Below are positions 27,254 through 35,824 of a stretch of DNA of 36,335 nucleotides, in pieces. The translations under genes and the position numbers were made by a program. The notes beneath the pieces were generated by a model that saw nothing but the letters and a program-made list of their open reading frames with translations, did no database searches and was not told the DNA's origin. Every line of letters starts with the position of its first letter. Position 1 is the stretch's first letter. This DNA comes from a bacterium (GTDB lineage Bacteria > Desulfobacterota > S145-22), in assembly GCA_029934085.1 (NCBI GenBank), contig JAOZMY010000003.1:1-36335 (forward strand), given 5' to 3'.

Positions 27254-28855
27254 ATGGCCAAACGTGTCATCCTATTTCTGGCTGTTTTCATCTTAATCAT
27301 CGTTGGTTTTCTGCCCCTTGTCGTGATGCTCGTTCGAAGCATCATGGTCGAGGGGCATGTGAGTCTCGCCGCTTACCGGGAGTTACTGAACTCGGGGAGG
27401 GAATGGCGGCTCCTTGGTCACAGCTTTGCCCTCTCTTTTTTGACAGCTATGTTTGCCACACTCGTGGGGTTGCCGTTGGGGATCCTCTTCGGGAGGACAG
27501 ACATGCCGTTTCGGAGACTCTTCCCCGTGCTTTTTACATTTCCCCTGTTGATTCCCCCTTATGTCACGGCCGTTTCCTGGGTTAGCCTCCTCGGAAGAGA
27601 TGGATTTTTATCCCGGACTTTAACCCCGGATGCGGCGAAAGTCGTTTCTGCTTGGCTCTTCGGCTTGCCCGGCTGCGTGATGGTGCTCTTTTCAGCTTTT
27701 CTTCCCATCATTATCCTGTTGACTATGGCGTATTTGAAAACTATCGACCCGTCCGTTGAGGAGGCGGGGAGGCTTGTTTTCGGATGGCCCCAAGTTCTTA
27801 TGAAGATTACCCTGCCCCTTCTCCTCCCGGGAATCCTCTTTGCCACCCTCCTGGTGTTTCTGCTCACGCTGGGGGAATACGGGGTTCCGTCCTTCCTCCG
27901 GTACCACGTGTTTGCCGTGGAGAGTTTTACCCAATTCTCGGCCTTCTACGACTTCAATGCCGCCACGGCGGCCGCTACGCCCCTTCTGGGAGTTACCTTC
28001 TTCGCTCTTGTTTTGGAAAGGTTCTTCCTTCATGAAAAAACACTTCACATAGAACCCGGGCCCGGGAGCAAATACGCCTTGGTGATAAGGCTGGGGGCCA
28101 TGGGGAAGTGGTTTGCGGCGCTGACGGGATTGCTCTGTCTCCTCGTGGTTGTCTTACCCTTCTTGGTTCTTCTTCTCCGTTCCCTCTCCATAAATGTCTA
28201 TAAAGAGGCCTTCTTACGGGCGGGAGACAGTCTCCTGCGGAGTATCCTCTATGCCGCCATTGGCGCTTCGGCCTTGATAATACTTGGTTTTTTCCTTGGA
28301 TACCTGGTTCAAACCCGCGCGTTTCGTTTCTGGCGTGCCATCGATTCCCTGACCATCTTCCTCTTCGCCCTCTCCGGGGCGGTGATGGGGATCGGGTTAA
28401 TCAGCCTGTGGAATCGTCCGATCACCAATTTCGTCTACGGAACCCCCATCATCATTATTCTGGGCTACCTCGCCCGGTATATCGTTATCCCTCACCGTGT
28501 GACCGTCTCGATCCTGGGCCAGATCCCCCCTTCCATGGAAGAGGCCGCTAAGGTGGCTGGGGCGAGTTGGCTTCAGCGTGTGGGTCTGGTCGTGATCCCC
28601 TTGGCGAAGCGGGGACTCGTGGCGGGATGGTTGATAAGCTATATCTTCTGCCTTCGTGACATGGGGATCACCATGTTGGTCTATCCCCCAGGGCATGATA
28701 CCTTCCCCGTCCGTATCTTTACCCTCATGGCCAACGGTTCCCCGGAACTTATCGCCGCCCTTTGTGTCCTCATGGCCGGGATCACACTCGTACCGCTCGG
28801 CGTTGGCGGCATGCTTTATAAGTTAAAAGGGATAAGCCTTACCAGAATCGGATAA
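27254..28855 (+). CDS. Fe(III)-type ABC transporter permease (duplicated; FbpB-like)
   Basis: Two EAA loops (DPSVEEAGRLV and PPSMEEAAKVAGAS); about 12 TM segments. Confidence 0.88.
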   Translation: MAKRVILFLAVFILIIVGFLPLVVMLVRSIMVEGHVSLAAYRELLNSGREWRLLGHSFALSFLTAMFATLVGLPLGILFGRTDMPFRRLFPVLFTFPLLIPPYVTAVSWVSLLGRDGFLSRTLTPDAAKVVSAWLFGLPGCVMVLFSAFLPIIILLTMAYLKTIDPSVEEAGRLVFGWPQVLMKITLPLLLPGILFATLLVFLLTLGEYGVPSFLRYHVFAVESFTQFSAFYDFNAATAAATPLLGVTFFALVLERFFLHEKTLHIEPGPGSKYALVIRLGAMGKWFAALTGLLCLLVVVLPFLVLLLRSLSINVYKEAFLRAGDSLLRSILYAAIGASALIILGFFLGYLVQTRAFRFWRAIDSLTIFLFALSGAVMGIGLISLWNRPITNFVYGTPIIIILGYLARYIVIPHRVTVSILGQIPPSMEEAAKVAGASWLQRVGLVVIPLAKRGLVAGWLISYIFCLRDMGITMLVYPPGHDTFPVRIFTLMANGSPELIAALCVLMAGITLVPLGVGGMLYKLKGISLTRIG

Positions 28856-28895
28856 GATAAAGGGCCAAGGTTCTTTGGAGGGGCCTCTGGAGGTG

Positions 28896-30029
28896 TTAAG
28901 ATATTGGTTGTTTAAAGGTGCGGATCCGCCGATAAGAGGCCTCAATACGAGGGACGGAGATTTTTCCCTGTTTGACGAGAGTCCTGATGATGGAGATAGC
29001 CCGGGGAATGGCTGTTTTGTCGAAAATGGTGTTGTTCGCGACAATCAGGATATCGACGCCGGCATCGATGGCGAGACGGATAGCTTGTTCGAATCCGTAG
29101 TATTTCCGGATGGCCCCCATCTGCATGTCGTCGGAGATGATGACACCGTCGTACCCCAGCTTTTCCCGGAGGAGTCCCGTGATTACCCTTTTCGAGAGCG
29201 TGGCAGGGTATTTATCATCCAGGTTCGCGTTGAAGACGTGGGCGGTCATAATGGCGTCGGCCATTCCGGCCCCGATGATGTTTTTATAAGGTTCTAACTC
29301 CACGGGCGACCAGGTTTTGGTCACATCAACGAACCCCAGGTGGGAGTCTGTGCTTGAGCTTCCATGCCCGGGGAAGTGTTTGAGCGTGCAGCGAATCCCC
29401 TCCGTGTGATGGGCCCGGATGAAGGCCAGGGCCATACGGGTTACCACCTGCGGATCGGCGGAAAAGCTTCGTTCCAGCTTCCCGATGACGGGGTTGTCAG
29501 GGTTGATGTTGAGATCCACGACGGGGGCGAAGTTCAGGGTGATACCAACCGACTTTAGAGTTTGCGCAATGCCAAGGGCCCGTTGGTACGTGTAGGTGAT
29601 GTCATTTTTCTTTCCCAAGGCCTGGGCTGAGACAGTTGGCGGGAAGCCGTATCTCTGTTTCAACCGTGTGATCTTGCCTCCTTCCTCGTCAATGGCGATG
29701 GTCAGTGGAGTGGGAGAGATTTTTTGAAGCTGGATACCGAGTGTTTTTACCTGGGAAGGAGATTGAATGTTGCGTCGAGGCGTGTGGGTAGGGACATCGT
29801 AATCGTAGAGAACCACTCCCCCAAGATGACGCTTTTGGATGTCTTGCCCGATGGGCGTATCGGGCGTAATCGTGAACCCCCGGAATCCCCCGATGACCAT
29901 CTGTCCGATCATTTCGTCCAGGGAGATAGGATCCGTGGTTTTCGAGGAGCCAGGTGTGGGGGAGAGCATACCGGCGCCAAGCGCGGTAGCCACCAGTTTC
30001 AGGAAGGAGCGCCGGTTCAGGGAATCCAT
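28896..30029 (-). CDS. Tat-exported GH3 beta-N-acetylhexosaminidase (NagZ-like)
   Basis: Tat motif NRRSFLK, IDEEGG, NFAPVVD, KHFPGHG...DSH, SDDMQM. Confidence 0.9.
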   Translation of the reverse strand: MDSLNRRSFLKLVATALGAGMLSPTPGSSKTTDPISLDEMIGQMVIGGFRGFTITPDTPIGQDIQKRHLGGVVLYDYDVPTHTPRRNIQSPSQVKTLGIQLQKISPTPLTIAIDEEGGKITRLKQRYGFPPTVSAQALGKKNDITYTYQRALGIAQTLKSVGITLNFAPVVDLNINPDNPVIGKLERSFSADPQVVTRMALAFIRAHHTEGIRCTLKHFPGHGSSSTDSHLGFVDVTKTWSPVELEPYKNIIGAGMADAIMTAHVFNANLDDKYPATLSKRVITGLLREKLGYDGVIISDDMQMGAIRKYYGFEQAIRLAIDAGVDILIVANNTIFDKTAIPRAISIIRTLVKQGKISVPRIEASYRRIRTFKQPIS

Positions 30030-30032
30030 GTG

Positions 30033-31220
30033 CTAATCGACCTGGCAGAGAAGGCCCTTCAGATAGGCCGACTCGGGAAAAGACAAGAGGACGGGATGGT
30101 CGGGGCCTTGGGAAAGGCGGTGAAGGACCTGGACCTTACGACGAGCGTCCTTGGCCGCCCAGGAGAGAATCCGCTCGAAGGTAGCCGCGTCTATACCGCC
30201 AGAGCATGAAAAGGTGGCGAGGATACCGCCGGGGTTTAGGAGTTTCAGGGCGAGGAGGTTGATGTCCTTGTAACCCCGTGTGGCCTTGTCTCGCTGGGCC
30301 TTGGTCGCGGCCAGTTTCGGGGGGTCAAGGATAATCATATCGAAGTATCGTCCCGTGTCGCGGAATTTCCGGAGGACTTGGAAGACGTTTCCACGAATTG
30401 GTTCGTCGGGGAGATGGGATAATTTGTTTAGAGAAAGGTTCTGCCGTCCCCGATCCAGTGCGTCCTGGGAGGTGTCCACGCGAATCAGGGCGGCGGCGCC
30501 TTGACCCGCGGTGTAGACGGAAAAGGCGCCTGTGTAGGAAAAGGCGTCCATGACCTCTTTTCCCTCCGCGTAACGAGCCACGGCTGCCCGGTTTTCCCGT
30601 TGGTCGAGGTAGAAGCCCGTCTTCTGTCCCTTTGCGAGATCCACATTGAAAAGATATCCGTTTTCCATAATTTCGATGGAATCCGGAGTTGGGCTGCCGG
30701 TGAGGTGGGCTGTTTGAATGGGGAGGCCCTCCCGTTGACGGACATCGCTGTCGTTCTTTTCTAAGATCCCCTTGATCGGGAGCCTCTCCATCAGGTATTC
30801 GGCGATCTGGATCTTGAGGCGGTCCATGCCGGGATTCAAGGTCTGGAGGACGAGGAAATCATTGAAGCGGTCCACGATAAGGCCTGGGAGACCATCGGAT
30901 TCGGAATAGACGAGGCGATAGGCGTTTGTGGAAGGGTCTTTTTCCAGGAGTTCACGGGAAAAGATGGCCTTTTCTAACGCCTCTTTCCAGAAATCGGGTA
31001 ACACGGGCGCATTCCCCCAGGAAACGAGACGGACAGGAATGGGGGAGATAGGATTGTAGAACCCCCACCCCTGTGTATTCCCCTTGTGGTCAACGACCCG
31101 GACAAGATCACCTCTCCTGGGCTGTCCCCTCACCCCCTTGACGGCTCCCGAAAGGACCCACGGATGTCGAATGGTCAGGGATTTTTCCTTCCCCTCTTTG
31201 AGAACGACCGCTTCTTTCAT
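30033..31220 (-). CDS. rlmI: 23S rRNA m5C1962 methyltransferase RlmI family
   Basis: PUA-like RHPWV, ESDGLPGLIVDRF, GQKTGFYLDQRENR, FSYTGAFS, ILDPP, FSCS; alternative start 31232. Confidence 0.88.
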   Translation of the reverse strand: MKEAVVLKEGKEKSLTIRHPWVLSGAVKGVRGQPRRGDLVRVVDHKGNTQGWGFYNPISPIPVRLVSWGNAPVLPDFWKEALEKAIFSRELLEKDPSTNAYRLVYSESDGLPGLIVDRFNDFLVLQTLNPGMDRLKIQIAEYLMERLPIKGILEKNDSDVRQREGLPIQTAHLTGSPTPDSIEIMENGYLFNVDLAKGQKTGFYLDQRENRAAVARYAEGKEVMDAFSYTGAFSVYTAGQGAAALIRVDTSQDALDRGRQNLSLNKLSHLPDEPIRGNVFQVLRKFRDTGRYFDMIILDPPKLAATKAQRDKATRGYKDINLLALKLLNPGGILATFSCSGGIDAATFERILSWAAKDARRKVQVLHRLSQGPDHPVLLSFPESAYLKGLLCQVD

Positions 31221-31288
31221 AAAATTTATCATACCATATCACCCATATCAGGACAAAAGTAGATCCCCCTTTCCCGCCTTTTTGTCGC

Positions 31289-31341
31289 TTGACAGCACGA
31301 TAATATGATGATAGGTATGATGTATTAAACATAATATGTTT
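31289..31341 (+). promoter_or_regulatory. TRAP-rdh operon promoter with palindromic operator
   Basis: TTGACA at 31289-31294. Overlapping palindromes ATGT-attaa-ACAT (31320-31332) and AAACATA-a-TATGTTT (31327-31341) lie just downstream. Confidence 0.5.
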
Positions 31342-31411
31342 GTGAGTCGGGAGAAAGTTTAGGAGAGAACGGCAACATTTTCATGGGGTATGTCCCAAAG
31401 GAGGGAGGAAG

Positions 31412-32434
31412 ATGAAGAAGCATTTTTACGCAGTATTGGTAGGAATTCTGGTCGCGGCTTTCTTTTTGGGTGCGACGAACCAGACATGCCGGGCGGAGAA
31501 GGTCATTGAGTTGAAGCTGGCCCATTTCATGTCCACGATGCATGTCCAGCATCGGAAGGCCTTCGTTCCCTTTGCGGAGAAGGTGGCGAAGTTGACGAAT
31601 GGCCGTGTCAAGATCAAGATCTATCCGGGAGGGACCTTGGGGAATCCCAAGACGATGGTGGACGCCATTCGAACGGGTATTACCGATATCGGTTTTGTCT
31701 TACCTGAATATGTTCCCGGTCGATTCAAGCGTAGTAGCGTCTTTGAGCTCCCCTTCATCTTTCACAGTGCCACCCACGTGACCAAGGTAACGTATGCTAT
31801 TTACAAGGATTACCTCGCCCCCGATTATAAAGACTTCAAGGTCCTCTGGTTCCTCTCGGCACCGTTGACCCAGTTGATGACGGTGAAGAAGCCGGTGAAA
31901 TCCCTCGCCGACATGAAGGGGCTTCGGATCCGTTCCGCCAGCGCTACGGAAACGGAGGGGTTGAAGCTCCTGGGAGCAAATCCCATCGGAATGCCTATTT
32001 CGGAGGTGTCTATTTCCCTTCAGAAGGGTGTGATCGAGGGGGTCTTCACCCCGTTTGCTGCCCTCAAGGCCCACAAGCTCATCGATATCGTGAAGTATAT
32101 GACGGAGTTTAATTACAACGGTGCCTTGATGTGCGTCTTGATGAACAAGAAGAAGTGGAACTCCCTTCCCGATTTTGCAAAGAAGGCCATCGACCAGGTG
32201 GCGAACAAGGACTTTGGAATCATGGCGGCCAAGGCCTTCGATGAGGAAGACGCGGAGAACGTGGCGGCGGGTAAGGCCAAAGGGATTAAGGTCTTTAAGC
32301 TTTCGGAGACGGACAAAGAGGTTATGCGCAAGAAGCTGAGCCATATCTGGGAGAAGTGGGTCAAGAAGAATGCTGGCCGATTCCCCGCCCAGAAGATTCT
32401 GGATGCCACCCTCGCCGCGGCCAAGGCAAATTAG
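31412..32434 (+). CDS. dctP: TRAP transporter substrate-binding protein
   Basis: GGAGG SD, signal peptide, TNGRVKIKIYPGGTLG, FELPF, DMKGLRIR (conserved carboxylate-binding Arg), SLQKGVIEG, MNKKKWNSLP. Confidence 0.93.
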   Translation: MKKHFYAVLVGILVAAFFLGATNQTCRAEKVIELKLAHFMSTMHVQHRKAFVPFAEKVAKLTNGRVKIKIYPGGTLGNPKTMVDAIRTGITDIGFVLPEYVPGRFKRSSVFELPFIFHSATHVTKVTYAIYKDYLAPDYKDFKVLWFLSAPLTQLMTVKKPVKSLADMKGLRIRSASATETEGLKLLGANPIGMPISEVSISLQKGVIEGVFTPFAALKAHKLIDIVKYMTEFNYNGALMCVLMNKKKWNSLPDFAKKAIDQVANKDFGIMAAKAFDEEDAENVAAGKAKGIKVFKLSETDKEVMRKKLSHIWEKWVKKNAGRFPAQKILDATLAAAKAN

Positions 32435-32449
32435 AGAACTATTTTGATC

Positions 32450-32482
32450 GGGGCTGATGTCTCCGCGGGAGGCACCAGCCCT
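32450..32482 (+). other. Intercistronic stem-loop between dctP and dctQ
   Basis: GGGGCTG-A-TGTCTCC-gcg-GGAGGCA-C-CAGCCCT with no U-tract. Confidence 0.55.
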
Positions 32483-32511
32483 CGGTTTGAATCTTTCCGG
32501 GAGACGAGAGT

Positions 32512-33018
32512 ATGAAAAAACTTGTCTCGAAGTTCGAGAAGGGCCTCTATTTTTTCACCCGGCAGGTGGATCGTATCTCTTGGGGGGTCTTATTCTTCCT
32601 GATGCTTATGACCGTGTGCCAGGTCTTTCTGAGAAAACTCACGAATCATGCCATTCTCGGAACGGTGGAGTTGACCGAGCTGGCGATGGCCTTTATCGTT
32701 TTCTGCTCGCTGGCCGAGTGCCAGGTCCATGAGGGACATATCAAGGTGGACCTCGTCCTGAGCCGATTCAGCCCCCGTGTTCAGTCCTTTTTCGATATCC
32801 TGACCCAGGGAGCCTCTTTCGTGATCTTCAGCCTCATGACCATCGCCTTGTTTCGTCAGGCCGAGGAACTGAAGAGCGCGGGAGAGGTAACGGTCGATTT
32901 GGCCATTCCCATGTATCCTTTTGTCTATGTGGCGGCCTTTGGATGCGTGCTCCTGGCCCTTGTTCTCTTGGCCAAGGCCCTTCGGGCCCTAATCAACTTC
33001 CTCGAGGTGCAACCGTGA
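32512..33018 (+). CDS. dctQ: TRAP transporter small permease
   Basis: 4 TM segments, QVFLR...GTVELTE...GHIKVD. Confidence 0.92.
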   Translation: MKKLVSKFEKGLYFFTRQVDRISWGVLFFLMLMTVCQVFLRKLTNHAILGTVELTELAMAFIVFCSLAECQVHEGHIKVDLVLSRFSPRVQSFFDILTQGASFVIFSLMTIALFRQAEELKSAGEVTVDLAIPMYPFVYVAAFGCVLLALVLLAKALRALINFLEVQP

Positions 33019-34319
33019 GTCCCGAGGTCATCGGTCTCTTAGGCCTGCTGGTTCTCTTTATCCTCCTGGCCATGCGGATGCAGATAGGGTTTGCCATGGC
33101 CCTGGTAGGATTTGTTGGATTCATCATTCTCAACAATTTCCAGGCGGCCATGGGGGTCCTGGGGCTTGAACCCTTCAAGATCACGGCGGATTATACTTTG
33201 AGTGTGATCCCCCTCTTTCTGCTCATGGGGGAATTTGCCAACGAGTCCCGCATGGGGGCCGAACTCTACGACATGCTGTATAAGTGGATCGGGTTTCTCC
33301 CCGGCGGGTTGGCCATGGCCACGGTGGGGGCGTGCGCTTTCTTTGCGGCGATTACGGGATCTTCACTCGCCACAGCGGCCATGTTCGGGATGATCGCCTA
33401 TCCGGAGATGAGAAATTTGAACTACGCGGAGACCCTCGCGACGGGGTGCATCGCCGCGGGAGGCACCTTGGGGATCTTGATTCCGCCAAGCTCCGTCCTG
33501 ATTATCTACGGTATCCTGACGGAACAGAGTATCGCGCGCCTCTTTATTGCCGGGATGCTGCCGGGTATCCTCCTCGCACTCATCTTCATGGGAACCATCT
33601 TCGTGATTACCAAACGCAGACCTGAACTGGGGGCCCCTGGTCCCAGGTTTACCATCAAAGAGAAGGTAACCTCCCTGAAGGCCACGTGGGGAATCATTCT
33701 CCTATTCATCCTGGTCATCGGCGGCCTCTATACCGGGTGGTTTACCCCTACGGAGGCCGCGGGTGTGGGGGCCTTTGGCGCCTTTGTCCTGGCCCTGCTG
33801 AAACGAAGTATGGGTTGGAAGACCCTGGTGGCTTCTCTGAAGGGAACCGTCCGCTCGACGGCCTTTATCTTTGGGATTCTTATCGGCGCCATGGTCTTTC
33901 AGTATTTCATGACCCTGAGTCAAATCCCGGAGAAACTGGCCTCATGGATCGTCATGATAGGGGTGGGCCGTTACGTGGTGGTTTCCGCCATCATCCTGGC
34001 CTTCATGGTAATGGGCTGTTTCATGGAGGGGCTGTCCATCATGTTTCTGGCGGTTCCCATCGTTTATCCCATCGTAATCCGGTTGGGTTTTGATCCCATC
34101 TGGTTTGGGGTCATCATTACCCTTACCATGGAAATGAGCCTGATCACCCCGCCCGTGGGGGTCAATGTTTTTGTCCTGCACGGAGTGGTGAAAGATGTTC
34201 CCATGTACACGATCTTTCGCGGCATCCTTCCCTTTTGGATCGCCATGATCATTTGCATCATTATTCTTATTGTCTTCCCGCAAATCGCGCTGTTCCTTCC
34301 AAACACGATGATGGGTTAG
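33015..34319 (+). CDS. dctM: TRAP transporter large permease
   Basis: GTG 33015 overlaps the dctQ stop; IPLFLLMG, GGTLGILIPPS, FTPTEAA, DPIWFGV, ITPPVGVN. Confidence 0.95.
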   Translation: MSPEVIGLLGLLVLFILLAMRMQIGFAMALVGFVGFIILNNFQAAMGVLGLEPFKITADYTLSVIPLFLLMGEFANESRMGAELYDMLYKWIGFLPGGLAMATVGACAFFAAITGSSLATAAMFGMIAYPEMRNLNYAETLATGCIAAGGTLGILIPPSSVLIIYGILTEQSIARLFIAGMLPGILLALIFMGTIFVITKRRPELGAPGPRFTIKEKVTSLKATWGIILLFILVIGGLYTGWFTPTEAAGVGAFGAFVLALLKRSMGWKTLVASLKGTVRSTAFIFGILIGAMVFQYFMTLSQIPEKLASWIVMIGVGRYVVVSAIILAFMVMGCFMEGLSIMFLAVPIVYPIVIRLGFDPIWFGVIITLTMEMSLITPPVGVNVFVLHGVVKDVPMYTIFRGILPFWIAMIICIIILIVFPQIALFLPNTMMG

Positions 34320-34328
34320 GAGTTTGAT

Positions 34329-35774
34329 ATGACGAGGATACTTCTTTTTCTGGACGCCCTGTTCTTCATCGGCGCCGTCTATTTCACCTTTGAATCGGTC
34401 AGGGAAAGGGAATACCAGGCCCCGAAGATAGGGGTGGGATTAAGTCTTTTCGCCCTCCTCTTGGCGGGGTTTATCCTGTGGGTGCCTCCTTTGAGACCAT
34501 TTATAGCAGTCTTTTTCGGTGTTGGGGTTGCGGCCTTGATCGTCTTTGCGGTGCCGACGCCGCCGGATCCCAGGATCTTGCAGGGCGCCCAAGGACATAT
34601 CGTTGAGGAGGCTATTCGCCACGATGAAAGGGATGTTTCCTTCGCCCGCGTGAGAGGCGTTCCCCCAGGAACCCCTTACTACAAGCGGTATTACAGCATG
34701 CATCCCGAAAGGGAGGAACCGGATGCTATCCGGCGGGAGAAGGGCCTTTTGGGGGAGCCCGGACGGGTAGATAAACGCTACCGTCCCAATGTGGCCATGA
34801 TGGAGGCCTCCTTTGATATGCCCAACTTTCTTGGGCTCTATGCGGAGGCAGCGCCGTCGCCTGAAAACCCACCTTATGAAGCCGATCCTAAAAAGGCCAC
34901 GGAGATCGTGAAAAATCTTGCTCTGACCCTTGGAGCGGACATGGTGGGGATTTGTAAGGTAAATCCCAACTGGGTCTATTCCCACCGCGGTGAAATCTTC
35001 TACGATCGGTGGGAGGATTGGGGGAAAGAGATCGATCCGGAGGAACTTCCCCCCTATGCCGTGGTCATGTTGACGGAGATGCGGGAGGATCACGTCTGTG
35101 CGGCACCTCACACCCCCACGGTGGCGGAGAGCGCCCGGAACTATGGCCGCGGGTCCTATCTGAGCACGGTGCTTGCCTGGTGGTTTGCCCATATGGGCTA
35201 TCGTGGCGTTGCCCAGAACTCCCGGCATTACGATATCGCCCTTCCGCCTCTGGCGGTGGACGCCGGCCTGGGGGAAGTTGGGCGGCTTGGGTATCTCATC
35301 GCCCCCAAGTTCGGGGCGCGGGTGCGAATCTTTGCCGTGTTGACCGACATGCCGCTCGTGCCGGACAAACCCATCTCCATCGGGGTAGACGAATTCTGTA
35401 AATGGTGTAAGAAGTGCGCGGAATCGTGTCCATCCAGATCTATCCTGATGGAGGACAAGGTGGTCTATAATGGGGCGTTGAAGTGGAAGCTGGACGCGGA
35501 CAGCTGTTTCGATTACTGGACTAAGGTGGGAACCGACTGCTCCATCTGTATGGCGGTCTGTCCCTACAGCCGTCCCAACACTCCTTTGCACCGCATCGTG
35601 CGGTGGTACGTGGCGCGATCCCGCCTGGCGCAGAAATACTTTCCGCTGGTAGATAATTTTCTTTATGGGAGAAAGTGGCGTCCAAAGCCGGTGCCTTCCT
35701 GGCTCGACTATCCCAAAGGGAAAGACGTGGTCAAGGAGGAGTATGGATTGGGCAGGGTAAACGATTTTGGATAA
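34329..35774 (+). CDS. Reductive dehalogenase-family (RdhA/QueG superfamily) corrinoid Fe-S protein with three N-terminal TM helices
   Basis: LGADMVGIC, WVYSH, LAVDAGLGEVGRLGYLIAPKFGARVR, LTDMPLVPDKP, and two Fe-S motifs FCKWCKKCAESCP and CFDYW...DCSICMAVCP. Hydrophobic N-terminal 75 aa, no RRxFLK, AGGAG SD. Confidence 0.85.
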   Translation: MTRILLFLDALFFIGAVYFTFESVREREYQAPKIGVGLSLFALLLAGFILWVPPLRPFIAVFFGVGVAALIVFAVPTPPDPRILQGAQGHIVEEAIRHDERDVSFARVRGVPPGTPYYKRYYSMHPEREEPDAIRREKGLLGEPGRVDKRYRPNVAMMEASFDMPNFLGLYAEAAPSPENPPYEADPKKATEIVKNLALTLGADMVGICKVNPNWVYSHRGEIFYDRWEDWGKEIDPEELPPYAVVMLTEMREDHVCAAPHTPTVAESARNYGRGSYLSTVLAWWFAHMGYRGVAQNSRHYDIALPPLAVDAGLGEVGRLGYLIAPKFGARVRIFAVLTDMPLVPDKPISIGVDEFCKWCKKCAESCPSRSILMEDKVVYNGALKWKLDADSCFDYWTKVGTDCSICMAVCPYSRPNTPLHRIVRWYVARSRLAQKYFPLVDNFLYGRKWRPKPVPSWLDYPKGKDVVKEEYGLGRVNDFG

Positions 35775-35800
35775 TGTGCGATTATGCGGTATAATGACCG
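35767..35800 (+). promoter_or_regulatory. Promoter of the GntR gene with overlapping palindromes
   Basis: TTGGAT-17 nt-TATAAT; ATAAT-gtgcg-ATTAT (35771-35785) and CGGT-ataatg-ACCG (35787-35800). Confidence 0.55.
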
Positions 35801-35824
35801 TTAGAAAGAAGGGAGAAAAAAACG

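Noticed and set aside
11565-34328. Several in-frame TAG junctions (yidC-jag, mnmE-radical SAM, rlmI-GH3, dctM-rdh) suggesting amber recoding or pyrrolysine
   Set aside because: Upstream proteins end at their canonical C-termini (e.g. MnmE FCVGK), downstream genes have their own starts or signals, TAG often doubles as part of the SD, and no pyl genes are seen.
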